In this document: positions 42,874 to 52,547 of the stretch, piece after piece
How positions within the stretch are numbered: position 1 is the first letter of the stretch
How the letters are laid out: each line of letters begins with the position of its first letter
Origin: Escherichia coli
GTDB taxonomy: Bacteria > Pseudomonadota > Gammaproteobacteria > Enterobacterales > Enterobacteriaceae
NCBI RefSeq assembly: GCF_030013205.1
Contig: NZ_CP122648.1
DNA: 64,000 bases
Reading direction: 5' to 3' (one strand)
Translations under genes and position numbers: made by a program
The notes under the pieces: generated by a model
What the model saw: only the letters and a program-made list of their open reading frames with translations
Databases searched by the model: none
Told to the model about the DNA's origin: nothing

Positions 42874-43161
42874 ATGTCCACCATTACCAAAGAATGGTTA
42901 CAACGTAAAATCACAGAGTTTAAATCGTGGCGCGAAGACATCCCGTTCGGTCTTGATGAAGACGATCACAATATGTTAATCGCACTGGAAATCGCACTTG
43001 CATCACTGGAAGCAGAGCCAGTGGCATGGATGCACGCAAATAATCCTATTGGAATACCGGCGATAACAAGAAGTAAAGATGTTGCAGACAGCTGGCGCTC
43101 TAAGGGATGGAATGTATTGCCTCTTTATTCACTGACCCGCTCCATCAATTTATGCCATTAA
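42874..43161 (+). CDS. Hypothetical protein (cargo region)
   Basis: MSTITKEWLQRKITEFKSWREDIPFGLDEDDHNMLIALEIALA...; good Shine-Dalgarno (AGGAG). Confidence 0.4.
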   Translation: MSTITKEWLQRKITEFKSWREDIPFGLDEDDHNMLIALEIALASLEAEPVAWMHANNPIGIPAITRSKDVADSWRSKGWNVLPLYSLTRSINLCH

Positions 43162-43172
43162 TGGAAGTAATC

Positions 43173-43532
43173 ATGATGAAAGATAATTCCGGAAGCCAGC
43201 GTGCATCAGTTGCAGTTATGGTAATGATTAAATTTGTGAAACAGTACACCGGAAAGCCAATCTCGCTCCGGCAATTAAGCAAAGAAACCGTTTCACTGTC
43301 ATATCTGGAGCAAATATTCAGATATTTACGGGAAAGTAGCCTGGTAAAAGCCACACGCGGCCCGGGTGGTGGATATATCCCAACAAAAGAAAATTACAGT
43401 GTTGGTGATATTGTCCGGGCAATGAAATGTTCCGGATTATATACACAGCACGTTATTCTGGCTGCACTGGATAATATTTCTTTAACCAGCCTGCAGGAAG
43501 ACACAAATTATCAGTTGTCTGCCATTGAATAA
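43173..43532 (+). CDS. Rrf2-family (IscR/NsrR-like) transcriptional regulator, short form without a C-terminal Cys cluster
   Basis: ...ISLRQLSKETVSLSYLEQIFRYLRESSLVKATRGPGGGYIPTKENYSVGDIVRAM... (typical Rrf2 wing/HTH signature). Confidence 0.65.
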   Translation: MMKDNSGSQRASVAVMVMIKFVKQYTGKPISLRQLSKETVSLSYLEQIFRYLRESSLVKATRGPGGGYIPTKENYSVGDIVRAMKCSGLYTQHVILAALDNISLTSLQEDTNYQLSAIE

Positions 43533-43533
43533 G

Positions 43534-43580
43534 AAAACCCGGAACGGGTGCGCAAATTCTTTGTGCGCCCGTTCCGGGTT
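43534..43580 (-). terminator. Long stem-loop terminator (19-bp stem, two G-U wobbles) downstream of the ogr-like gene
   Basis: AACCCGGAACGGGTGCGCAAA-TTC-TTTGTGCGCCCGTTCCGGGTT; a U-rich tract follows on the minus-strand transcript (approximate coordinates). Confidence 0.6.
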
Positions 43581-43600
43581 GGACAAGCGAAGCGCGTCAG

Positions 43601-43858
43601 CTATCCGGCCTGCAACAACTCCAGAGCCATTTGTTTTTCTTCCGGACGCATCCGCTCAATCAACAGCTTTAACACACCATTCTCCAGCCCGCTGGGCACC
43701 AGTGTGTGCGAGTAGGTCAGATTCATCACCCAGGTATGTCCGCACTCGAGACGGGTGCAACGGTAATACACATCAGCAAACTGATCGGTTTTCCAGGCTG
43801 TTTTCTCAATCACTGCATGTGCACCGCAGCAATGACATCGCGCTTTCTGTCTGCGCAT
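43601..43858 (-). CDS. ogr: Ogr/Delta-family zinc-finger late-gene activator
   Basis: MRRQKARCHCCGAHAVIEK...YYRCTRLECGHTW... (C-x2-C ... C-x4-C). Confidence 0.7.
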   Translation of the reverse strand: MRRQKARCHCCGAHAVIEKTAWKTDQFADVYYRCTRLECGHTWVMNLTYSHTLVPSGLENGVLKLLIERMRPEEKQMALELLQAG

Positions 43859-43923
43859 TTTCCACCTCCCGGAACAGCGTTTTACTGCCACCGATTTTAC
43901 CCGCTCTTTCCCCATACCGCACA

Positions 43924-44958
43924 TCACTCCGTGGATTCGTTAAATTCAAGAATAAATTCCACCTGCCCCAGCCGTCTGATATCCGGATCGCTGTTGATCC
44001 CCTCCATAATCAGACGGCGCATCGGAATAACCTCATCTCTGTAATATGCCTCGCGGGATTTCAGTGGGTCACCAAGCCCGGCCGTATTTGCGGGAATGAT
44101 GCCGGCAAGTCCGGGTGGAAAACGGTGCGCAACGAGCTGATCCTGGGCACTGATGGTTTTTATATTCAGGAACTCATCTTTTGTGCCTGAATCCCCGATA
44201 GGGATCACCTTAACGCCTTCTTTGTCTCCGCCCGGTATATTGATAAACATGGATTTAAAATTGCCCGCCCCTTTTGACGCCTCTATCTTTTTACGGAATT
44301 CCGCCTCGAGCTCGGGATCCATGTCCGGGTCAGTGGAATACAGGATATAACCAAGATGTGCGCCGTTCTTGTAATACTTGCGGCGAAAGCGGGTGGCATC
44401 CACATTCAGCATGGCGGATTCCATCCCGTGAATATAATCCGGGACACCGTAAACCTGCTGTTGCGGGTCATAAATGGCCACGAACACCACTTCGCCTGGC
44501 GGGTAAACGAGATCTTCCAGTGCTGCCTGCACAATCACCGTGCCACCCTCGTTGTTACGCCGCAGGTACAGAGAAGGTAACGTATGCAGGCGCACCACGC
44601 GACCGAAGCCATTGCGCACTTTAAGCAACCCCATATCCCCGAATATCAGCAGATTGGTTACTGCTGCCGCCATGGCGGCGTGTGTCATACCACCACCACC
44701 CCGAAAACCCTGCATGATCATATTGACGCGCGCACGCAATACCGCGCCGTGATACGGTGCGATATTGGACAACATGGCGAGATCCATGCGCTCAATTGGC
44801 GGCGTGTACCAGCCGTTATAGCCATCCCAGAGCGAGCCGTAATAACAGCCCCATGCAGCGACCGGTTCCGGGTCACCAAATTCAATAAACGTCATTTTGC
44901 TGGCTGTTTTTTTTGCCACGCCATCGTGTAACACGGGGTATTTTTTCTTTTTACTCAT
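43924..44958 (-). CDS. Q: Portal protein (P2 gpQ-like)
   Basis: 344-aa ORF MSKKKKYPVLHDGVAKKTASKMTFIEFGDPEPVAAWGCYYG...; size and position as in P2. Confidence 0.85.
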   Translation of the reverse strand: MSKKKKYPVLHDGVAKKTASKMTFIEFGDPEPVAAWGCYYGSLWDGYNGWYTPPIERMDLAMLSNIAPYHGAVLRARVNMIMQGFRGGGGMTHAAMAAAVTNLLIFGDMGLLKVRNGFGRVVRLHTLPSLYLRRNNEGGTVIVQAALEDLVYPPGEVVFVAIYDPQQQVYGVPDYIHGMESAMLNVDATRFRRKYYKNGAHLGYILYSTDPDMDPELEAEFRKKIEASKGAGNFKSMFINIPGGDKEGVKVIPIGDSGTKDEFLNIKTISAQDQLVAHRFPPGLAGIIPANTAGLGDPLKSREAYYRDEVIPMRRLIMEGINSDPDIRRLGQVEFILEFNESTE

Positions 44959-46738
44959 CTGACAGGATCCATGTTGATTTGCGCTTGTGCTTATAGTTCA
45001 GGGGTTCATTACTTGCGGCATGAGCTATGGCAAAGAAGATGTCAGCGTGCCCGGTTTCTTCGCTACGTTCGGCGGTGAAAGTGACTTTATTGCCGCTGTT
45101 GGTGGATTCCTGACGAATGGCCAGGAACGATGCCGGAATATCCGTGGCTTCTTCATCCCACTCAATACGGTTGGCGTAAATCAGATCCAGCATCTTCATC
45201 ACCAGGCGGTTTTTGGATTCCACGCTGTAATGAATGGCCACTGTTTCACGGCGGGCAAATCCCTGAACCAGCTCAAAGACACCGTAGCCAAGACCGGTGA
45301 CGTCAATGCCGATAAATGTCATGTTATAGCGCGCCTTAATGCTGCGGATACGCTCTGCCATAAACTGGAATGACATGCTGCGCCAGTGGTGTTTTTCCAG
45401 CACGCGGAATCGTTCTGCCGCAACCAGCGGCGGTGCCAGCACAACAAATGTGGCGTTATCGCCGGAGCGCGCAGGGTCAAAGCCGCCCCACACTTCACGG
45501 TTACCAAATGGCATGGGCTCTTCCGGGTGAAAATCCTCCCACGTACTGACATCAACACCACAACGCACAAGATCATCGAATTTAAAGACGCTCTCTTTGT
45601 CATCCACAAACACACACATAAACAGCATATTGAACGCTGTTTCGTTGTATCGCTCGCGCAGCTCGTTGATGTCAGCAAGGTTAAAGCCGCCGGCAATGGC
45701 ATCTTCCAGCGTAACCACATAGCGCCACTGACCATCCGGACATTCACGCCCACCATCGCGCAGCTCATCAAAGGACGGAAACTCAACCCCTTTTCGTTTC
45801 GGATCGCCTTTGCGCCATTCATCGCCAGACCAGAACGGGTAACCCTGGTGTGTTTTGGATGACGGCGTGGAGAAATAGGTAATGCGCCAGTGTTTATGGG
45901 TGGCCATCCCTGATGCCACTTCATTGAGACGGCGAAAACCGGGGATCCACAGGTATTCATCAATATACAGGTGGCCGCTGTTTGACTGCGCTGTGTTACT
46001 GTTGGTCGCCAGAAAATACAGTTCAGCCAGATTACTTAACTTAACCGGATTGCCTTTAATGGGAATGCCAAACTCTGTTTGTGCAATTTTTACAATATAA
46101 GTACGGAACACTTCGGCCTGACGTTTTGATGCCGATAAAAATATCTGTGTGTCGCCGGTTAATACTGCATCTTCAAATGCCTCAAACGCGAAGTAATACG
46201 TCGCCCCAATCTGGCGGGATTTAAGCAGGTTGCGTACACGGCGGAATTTGTTTTCACGCAGATGCAACTGATAAGCAAACAACTTTTTCGTAAACGGCTC
46301 AAAACTTTCAGCAGTCAGTCCGGAAACGTCATTAGTTTTGCGGGGACGCTCTTTCTTACCTGCACCTTTTTCTCCGCGTTCTTCTTTTCCATAACGGCCA
46401 GGCTGGGGGATGTCCACTCCCATTCGCGCAATCTCAGCCATTCGTTCTGTATGCTTGTTTCTGACCGACATCAGTTTGACGTGATGACCAATCAGGCGAT
46501 CAAGCTCATCGTGTTCTTCCTGGGTCTTATGGTCACGTTCCGCCAGTACAGCGAGACGCCGGGCGATAACATCCTCCACGCCTTCCGTATTGAGCTGCGT
46601 GTACCACTCAAACTTTGTCGCCCAGTAATAAACAATTCGCGGACTGTTCAGTCCGAGTTTCTTTTGTATTTCTTTTGGTGTGTGCCTTTTCAGATAGAGT
46701 GATTTTGCTGCGGCAATCACCTCATCAGAATACGCCAT
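44951..46738 (-). CDS. P: Terminase large (ATPase) subunit (P2 gpP-like)
   Basis: 595-aa ORF with Walker-like KSRQIGATYYFAFEA and a nuclease domain. Confidence 0.85.
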   Translation of the reverse strand: MAYSDEVIAAAKSLYLKRHTPKEIQKKLGLNSPRIVYYWATKFEWYTQLNTEGVEDVIARRLAVLAERDHKTQEEHDELDRLIGHHVKLMSVRNKHTERMAEIARMGVDIPQPGRYGKEERGEKGAGKKERPRKTNDVSGLTAESFEPFTKKLFAYQLHLRENKFRRVRNLLKSRQIGATYYFAFEAFEDAVLTGDTQIFLSASKRQAEVFRTYIVKIAQTEFGIPIKGNPVKLSNLAELYFLATNSNTAQSNSGHLYIDEYLWIPGFRRLNEVASGMATHKHWRITYFSTPSSKTHQGYPFWSGDEWRKGDPKRKGVEFPSFDELRDGGRECPDGQWRYVVTLEDAIAGGFNLADINELRERYNETAFNMLFMCVFVDDKESVFKFDDLVRCGVDVSTWEDFHPEEPMPFGNREVWGGFDPARSGDNATFVVLAPPLVAAERFRVLEKHHWRSMSFQFMAERIRSIKARYNMTFIGIDVTGLGYGVFELVQGFARRETVAIHYSVESKNRLVMKMLDLIYANRIEWDEEATDIPASFLAIRQESTNSGNKVTFTAERSEETGHADIFFAIAHAASNEPLNYKHKRKSTWILSDE

Positions 46739-46822
46739 AAATAAACCTCACCTGCTGATGCAATTTTAATTTATGCATTTTCAGCAAAGGCTTTTTTAAA
46801 AACGAATATCGCTTTTCGGTAT

Positions 46823-46850
46823 TTTTCGGATATATGCGCATATCCGAAAG
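46823..46850. promoter_or_regulatory. Dyad-symmetry element in the divergent P/O late promoter region (candidate Ogr operator)
   Basis: TTTCGGATATATGCGCATATCCGAAA between the divergent terminase and scaffold genes (approximate coordinates). Confidence 0.35.
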
Positions 46851-46932
46851 TACCGGAAATTAATCAGATGACGACGTTTTCATTTCTCCGTTAAATAACG
46901 CCAGTTTAATTTTTATCAGCGGATTAATTCAG

Positions 46933-47829
46933 ATGACGAAGCAGAAAACAGACTGGGTTGTGGTTGCCACATCAGGCCCCACCATCGACGGTCGGGAAAT
47001 TGATCCGAAGTGGCTGACGGATGCCGCCGAGGTTTACAACCCGGACGAGCGAGCCGCCATGCTCTGGCCATATCACGCCGATTCCGGATGGCGTGCCTTC
47101 ACCAATAACTACGGCATTGTTGATGCCCTGAAAGTCGAAAAATTTGGTGAAAAGGTGCAGCTTAAAGCACGCCTGATCCCAAATCGCTTCCTGATTGAAG
47201 CCAATAAGGCCGGGCAGAAACTTTTTACCTCCATTGAAGTGCGGGAAAACTATCTGGGCACGGGCAAATTCTTTGTGTCCGGTATCGCCGTGACGGATAC
47301 CCCAGCCAGCATTAACACTACACGCCTGCAGTTTTCCATGGGGGAAGCCATCCATATGGGCAACGCAGAGGCGCTGAATTTTACGCTGCAGCCTGATGAT
47401 GAGCAGGCCAAGCGCAACTTCTTCTCCCGCTTCTTCTCATCTGACAATCACCAACAGGGAATTTACCAAGCCATGAACGAAGAACAGTTCAGCCAGTTAA
47501 TGGGTGCCATTAATAAAACCAGTGAACGCCTGGACGAGCTGGAAAAAAACGTCGCGCAGTTCAGCGCGAAGGATGCCCCGAAAGATACCGGTGATAACAA
47601 GCCGGAAGGCAGCACCGGCGATCAGGGGCAGGACAACGCAGAACAGAACAACAAGGACGACAAAACCTTCACGCTGACCACCGAGCAGGGCGAAAAGCTG
47701 TTCTCCACAGTGAACGCCATCGCGGAGAAGGTTACCAGTATGGAAACCGCATTTGCTGAACTCAGCAAGGACGCCACGAAGCTGCCGGGCAACAATCCGG
47801 CCGGTGGCGAAACTTTTAACCTGGTGTAA
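46933..47829 (+). CDS. O: Capsid scaffold protein (P2 gpO-like)
   Basis: 298-aa ORF; position and similarity to gpO. Confidence 0.8.
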   Translation: MTKQKTDWVVVATSGPTIDGREIDPKWLTDAAEVYNPDERAAMLWPYHADSGWRAFTNNYGIVDALKVEKFGEKVQLKARLIPNRFLIEANKAGQKLFTSIEVRENYLGTGKFFVSGIAVTDTPASINTTRLQFSMGEAIHMGNAEALNFTLQPDDEQAKRNFFSRFFSSDNHQQGIYQAMNEEQFSQLMGAINKTSERLDELEKNVAQFSAKDAPKDTGDNKPEGSTGDQGQDNAEQNNKDDKTFTLTTEQGEKLFSTVNAIAEKVTSMETAFAELSKDATKLPGNNPAGGETFNLV

Positions 47830-47843
47830 CCGGAGAGAACACA

Positions 47844-48857
47844 ATGAACATGACACCAGAAGCACAAAAGCTGGTTAATCAGTACATCAGCGAACTGCAA
47901 AAAACATTCAGCGACTGCGGAAAATCAAGCGATCGTTTCTTTTCGCTGACCGAACCACGCAGTATTGCTCTGCGTAAAGCCCTGCTGGAAAGCACGGAGT
48001 TTCTGAGTTTCATCACCTGCATGGACGTTCCGCACCCGCAGGGGCAGGTCGTCACCGTGGGCGAATCCACGCTGCGCACCGGTCGCGTGAAAAGCGGTCG
48101 TTTCGCTAAAGGTTCGGGCATCAAAGGCAACGAATTTAAACTCGTTGAAACTGATTCCTGCTGCGTGATCACCTGGGAACAACTCGCCATCTGGGCGAAT
48201 GCCGGTAGCCCGCAGGAATTTTTCAACCTGATGAACTCCGCCGCCGTCACCAACTTTGCGCTGGATATGCTGCGCATTGGCTTTAACGGTAAAACAGCAG
48301 CGGAAAACTCTGACCCGGAAAGTCACCCGAACGGCGAAGACGTCAACATCGGCTGGCATGAAATCGCCAAAAAGTGGGGAGAACAGCCCGGCAATACCTC
48401 CCGTATTCTGACGGACGCCGTTACCCTGGGCGAAGGCGGTGATTATGTCAGCCTTGATGCCATGGCCTCAGACCTGATCCGCACTTATATCCCGGCGCAA
48501 TATCACAACGATCCTCGCCTTACTGTACTGGTTGGCGCAGACCTTGTGGCTGCTGAAGAACTACGCCTCTACAACAAAGAGGACAAGCCCACCGAAAAAG
48601 TGGCCGCACAGTTGCTGACGAAGAACATCGCAGGCCGCAAGGCCATCATTCCGCCGTTTATGCCGGGTAAGCGTATGGTGGTGACCATGCTGCCAAACCT
48701 GCAGATCCTGACGCTGAAGGGTTCCCGCCGTCGTAAAGCGGAAGATGTGGGCGATCGCAAACAGTTCGAAAACTCATACTGGCGTTACGAGGGGTACGCC
48801 CTGGGCGATCCGGATTTATATGCTGCCGTGGATGAGTCTGCGGTCACCATCGCCTGA
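47844..48857 (+). CDS. N: Major capsid protein (P2 gpN-like)
   Basis: 337-aa ORF MNMTPEAQKLVNQYISELQKTFSDCGKSSDRFFSL... Confidence 0.85.
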   Translation: MNMTPEAQKLVNQYISELQKTFSDCGKSSDRFFSLTEPRSIALRKALLESTEFLSFITCMDVPHPQGQVVTVGESTLRTGRVKSGRFAKGSGIKGNEFKLVETDSCCVITWEQLAIWANAGSPQEFFNLMNSAAVTNFALDMLRIGFNGKTAAENSDPESHPNGEDVNIGWHEIAKKWGEQPGNTSRILTDAVTLGEGGDYVSLDAMASDLIRTYIPAQYHNDPRLTVLVGADLVAAEELRLYNKEDKPTEKVAAQLLTKNIAGRKAIIPPFMPGKRMVVTMLPNLQILTLKGSRRRKAEDVGDRKQFENSYWRYEGYALGDPDLYAAVDESAVTIA

Positions 48858-48874
48858 TAAACGGAGCGCACGGT

Positions 48875-49585
48875 ATGCCAACGCCAATGCAGCGACAACG
48901 TGCCCGACAGATGGATGAGCGCCGTGCGGCGCTCATGACCAGAACGGACGGGCGCGCCGTCAGCACAGAGAGTCAGCACATTAAGCTGCTGGCACTGGAT
49001 AACGATGTCAGACAACTGCACAACATGGAGCTGCTGTCTGACAAGCTGGAATTCAAACGGAACACGCTGCTGCCCCGCTGGCTGCCACACGCACAGGCTT
49101 ATCTGGAGGGGGAACGCGTCTATCAGAATCCCATTCTGGTGTACTGCATCATCTGGCTGTTCGATACCGGGCAGTTTGAGATGGCGCTGCGGTGGGCTGA
49201 CATTGCCATTGAGCAGGGACAAAAGACGCCGGAGAACTTCAAAAGCGAGCTGCCAACGTTTGTGGCCCATTTCATTCTTGAATGGGCAGAAACCGAAGCT
49301 GAACGCGGGAACAGTATCGCGCCATATTTTCAGCAGGTGTTTGAAAAAATCCGCGACAAATGGCGCGTGAATGAACGCCTTGCTGCCCGCTACTGGCGCT
49401 TTGCAGGCATCCTGCTGCTGCGCGGCGATGACGGCAAGCCACAGGCCAGCGCAATTAACGATCCGGAGAGACTGCAACAGGCCGACCAGTGCCTGGAACG
49501 GGCTGCCTGGCTGCATCCCAAAATTCAGGTGAAAACCCTGCGCCAGCGCATTGCCGCAAGACTGCGCGCGTTGCAGGGCACGTAA
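48875..49585 (+). CDS. M: Terminase small/endonuclease subunit (P2 gpM-like)
   Basis: 236-aa ORF following the capsid gene. Confidence 0.8.
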   Translation: MPTPMQRQRARQMDERRAALMTRTDGRAVSTESQHIKLLALDNDVRQLHNMELLSDKLEFKRNTLLPRWLPHAQAYLEGERVYQNPILVYCIIWLFDTGQFEMALRWADIAIEQGQKTPENFKSELPTFVAHFILEWAETEAERGNSIAPYFQQVFEKIRDKWRVNERLAARYWRFAGILLLRGDDGKPQASAINDPERLQQADQCLERAAWLHPKIQVKTLRQRIAARLRALQGT

Positions 49586-49683
49586 ACGACTCCCAACAAC
49601 CGGGCGGGCGCGGTGGAGGTGTGCCGGCAAAAGCCATCAGCACACTGCGGAAACCGGTCAGCCCGCCTTTCCCCGGAGTGAGC

Positions 49684-50178
49684 ATGTTTGACGGGAAAAG
49701 CATTCACTATCAGCAGGCCATTATTCAGAACGATGGATTCTGGCCGGATATTGATGCCGGCGATTTTGAAAAGAGCCGCAGTATCCCCGCCGTCACGTCA
49801 CACGAAACGGTGCTGACGGCTCTGCTTTGCGCAGTAACAGAGATTAACACTGAACTGGCTGCACGCCGTGAATACTGGCAGGAACAGGGCCACACCCGAG
49901 CCGCAGATATTCCGGGTTACACCGTGTTGCAACCAGAGCCACGCAATACGGATGCACAACCTGAACGGATGCAGAACCACATTACAGCACTGTACACCAA
50001 GGCTGTGTATGCACGCGCAAAGGCCGATCTTTTGCCGGAATCTGCCAGCGTGGGGCGGCGCGAGGCGCAGCCATCATCAGAAGCCAGCGAGAGCCGCCGG
50101 TCGTTGCTGGCTGAAGCGGCCATGGCGGTGCGGGCGCTGCTGGGCCGACCGCGTGCATCCATCGCACTGATTGATTAA
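49684..50178 (+). CDS. L: Head completion/stabilisation protein (P2 gpL-like)
   Basis: Start MFDGKSIHYQQAIIQNDGFWPDIDAGDFEKS...; internal to the track ORF. Confidence 0.7.
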   Translation: MFDGKSIHYQQAIIQNDGFWPDIDAGDFEKSRSIPAVTSHETVLTALLCAVTEINTELAARREYWQEQGHTRAADIPGYTVLQPEPRNTDAQPERMQNHITALYTKAVYARAKADLLPESASVGRREAQPSSEASESRRSLLAEAAMAVRALLGRPRASIALID

Positions 50179-50187
50179 GGAAATGGT

Positions 50188-50661
50188 ATGACGCAACTCG
50201 CCAGCCTGACGGCATTCATTGAAAACAATCTGCCGGCACGCGCACGCATTCCGTTCACCAGTGACATGGATGACATCACACTCGTTCCGTTTACGAAGTC
50301 GCTGGGGCACGGGCAGTTATGCACGCAGGTCCGAAAATATACGGCTTTTCTGCGATGGGACGCATGGCCCTATCGTCAGCTCAATCCGGATTTGGTGTTT
50401 TCTCTGGTTGAGGCCTGGCTGGCAGACAACGGCGGCGACCTGCGCCAGCGCCTGGCACCGGATGCGCCAGCCGTTGACGTCGAAGTGGATGATGAAAATG
50501 AAGTGGCATGGCTGGAAATCAGTCTGCCGCTGGTTGATCCCATCACCCTGGTTGAGGACGAAAACGGCCCCATCCCCAGAGGCGGGAAACGTTACCAGCT
50601 GGAAAAGCCTGAAATCTGGGTGGCCCAGACGCATCAGCTCCATTGCCAGGTAACGTCATGA
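50188..50661 (+). CDS. Hypothetical virion protein
   Basis: 157-aa ORF between the head-completion and morphogenesis genes. Confidence 0.45.
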   Translation: MTQLASLTAFIENNLPARARIPFTSDMDDITLVPFTKSLGHGQLCTQVRKYTAFLRWDAWPYRQLNPDLVFSLVEAWLADNGGDLRQRLAPDAPAVDVEVDDENEVAWLEISLPLVDPITLVEDENGPIPRGGKRYQLEKPEIWVAQTHQLHCQVTS

Positions 50662-51380
50662 TTCATTTTAACCTTAATCAGCCACATCTCAGGGATGTGC
50701 TGCGTGCCATTAACGAGGCGGAGTTATCACCGGCAAAGGCCAGGAAACTACTGGTTCGTATTGCGAAATACGGTTTGATCCCCGCAGCAAAGCGTAATGT
50801 GAAGAACCAGCGGACACCGGAGGGCGTCGCCTGGGCACCACGAAAAAGGCCGGATAAAGCCAGCGGCAAATATAAAAACAAAATGCTGCTGGGACTGCCG
50901 AAATTGATGGCCATCAGGGCTGACAATGACGGAAAAACGGTTCGCATCTATTTCAAAAAAGGGGATTACGCAACCCGCGTGCACGCAGGGGCAATTGCTC
51001 AGATACAGCAGAACGGAACCCGTATCACCCACAGAGGAAGCAGAAAGTGGAGTGCCGGCGTAATGGAAACCATGCGCGAACAACCGGCCACACGACGGCA
51101 GGCTCACCGCTTACTCTCGCTGGGATTTCTCGCCCCAACAGGAGCGGTCAACAAAAAAACCGGCCGCAGAAATTCTCGGAAACCATCCCTGAAATGGATT
51201 ATGGAAAACATGAGCAGACTACAGGCAGGTACGGTGATCAACATTCTTAAAGCTGAAGAAGCAAGGAATACCTGGGAAATCACCATTCCGGCCAGGACAT
51301 TCCTCGGAGCCAGCGGCGAAGAGTTTACCCGCATGCTGGAGGCGCAGCTGCGCAGCCTGCATCACGGCGGCACGAGATAA
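50658..51380 (+). CDS. Virion morphogenesis / tail completion-like protein
   Basis: MIHFNLNQPHLRDVLRAINEAELSPAKARKLL...; family call is tentative. Confidence 0.5.
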   Translation: MIHFNLNQPHLRDVLRAINEAELSPAKARKLLVRIAKYGLIPAAKRNVKNQRTPEGVAWAPRKRPDKASGKYKNKMLLGLPKLMAIRADNDGKTVRIYFKKGDYATRVHAGAIAQIQQNGTRITHRGSRKWSAGVMETMREQPATRRQAHRLLSLGFLAPTGAVNKKTGRRNSRKPSLKWIMENMSRLQAGTVINILKAEEARNTWEITIPARTFLGASGEEFTRMLEAQLRSLHHGGTR

Positions 51381-51398
51381 CAAAATCAGGAGACAACC

Positions 51399-52547
51399 AT
51401 GACTTGGCCATCTGTCACGATTGAACAGTACAACACATTCAGCAGTTCACCGGACGGCGTGGAAAATACACTGCTGTTTGTGGGCAACGCACAAAACAAC
51501 AAAGGTAAGGTTCTGCCGGTTAACGCTAACAGCGATCTGGATGAACTGCTGGGAACAAACGCCAGCCCACTGAAGAATTTCCTTCAGTCCGCACTGACCA
51601 ATGCCGGACAAAATGCCTTTTTCTATGTTGCCATTCTGCCGGAAGCAGGCAAAGGCAAAGAAGCGACGCCAGCCTGCCAGGCATGGCAGAACGCCATACT
51701 GGCCGCTCAGGAAACTGTTTCAGTGGAAGGCGTGGTGATCACCGAACCGGTCAGCACGAAGGATGACATCAACGCCATACAGGCGTTACGTCAGACCATC
51801 ATCAATAAATATCAGCGCCGCATCTGGTTCATCCTGACCATCGCCGCCAACGACGGCAGTAAAACCTGGGCGGACTACGTTGCCGAACTGACCACGCTAC
51901 AGAAAGGTATTGCAGCCCCGCAAATCATGCTGGTTCCGGAAATTTTTGGCTTTGAACCGGGCGTTCTCGCCGGCCGTCTGTGTAACAGCGCCGTCACCAT
52001 TGCTGACAGTCCGGCGCGTGTGGCAACCGGGGCGCTGTCCGCACTGAAAACCACAGAGCGCCCGAAGGACAGCGCAGGGCAGGCAATTGATCTCGCCACC
52101 CTGCAGGCGCTGGCAACCGCCCGCTACAGCGTGCCCATGTGGTATGCCGACTATGACGGCCTTTACTGGGCCGATGGTGTGACACTTGAGGTGGAAGGCG
52201 GGGACTACAACGTCATTGAGCATGTCCGCATTGCTGACAAGGTGGCACGCCGCGTGCGGCTGATGGCCATCCCCAAAATTGCCGACCGCTCGCTGAACAG
52301 CACGCCGGGTAGCATTGCCGCACATGAAACGCTGTTTGCCCGCCCACTGCGTGCCATGGCGAAATCCACGCAAATTAACGGCATCACGTTTCCGGGCGAA
52401 GTGAAATCCCCCCAGAAAGGCGACGTGGTTATCACCTGGCAGGACGAAAAGACGGTCAGCATCAGCATTGTCGTCCGCCCTTACGCCTGCCCCAAAACCA
52501 TTAAGGTGGGCATTCAGCTGGATAAATCTCTGGAGGAGAACGCATGA
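51399..52547 (+). CDS. Major tail structural protein, sheath-like (putative)
   Basis: 382-aa ORF immediately upstream of a 151-aa tube-like gene; not similar to P2 FI. Confidence 0.45.
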   Translation: MTWPSVTIEQYNTFSSSPDGVENTLLFVGNAQNNKGKVLPVNANSDLDELLGTNASPLKNFLQSALTNAGQNAFFYVAILPEAGKGKEATPACQAWQNAILAAQETVSVEGVVITEPVSTKDDINAIQALRQTIINKYQRRIWFILTIAANDGSKTWADYVAELTTLQKGIAAPQIMLVPEIFGFEPGVLAGRLCNSAVTIADSPARVATGALSALKTTERPKDSAGQAIDLATLQALATARYSVPMWYADYDGLYWADGVTLEVEGGDYNVIEHVRIADKVARRVRLMAIPKIADRSLNSTPGSIAAHETLFARPLRAMAKSTQINGITFPGEVKSPQKGDVVITWQDEKTVSISIVVRPYACPKTIKVGIQLDKSLEENA

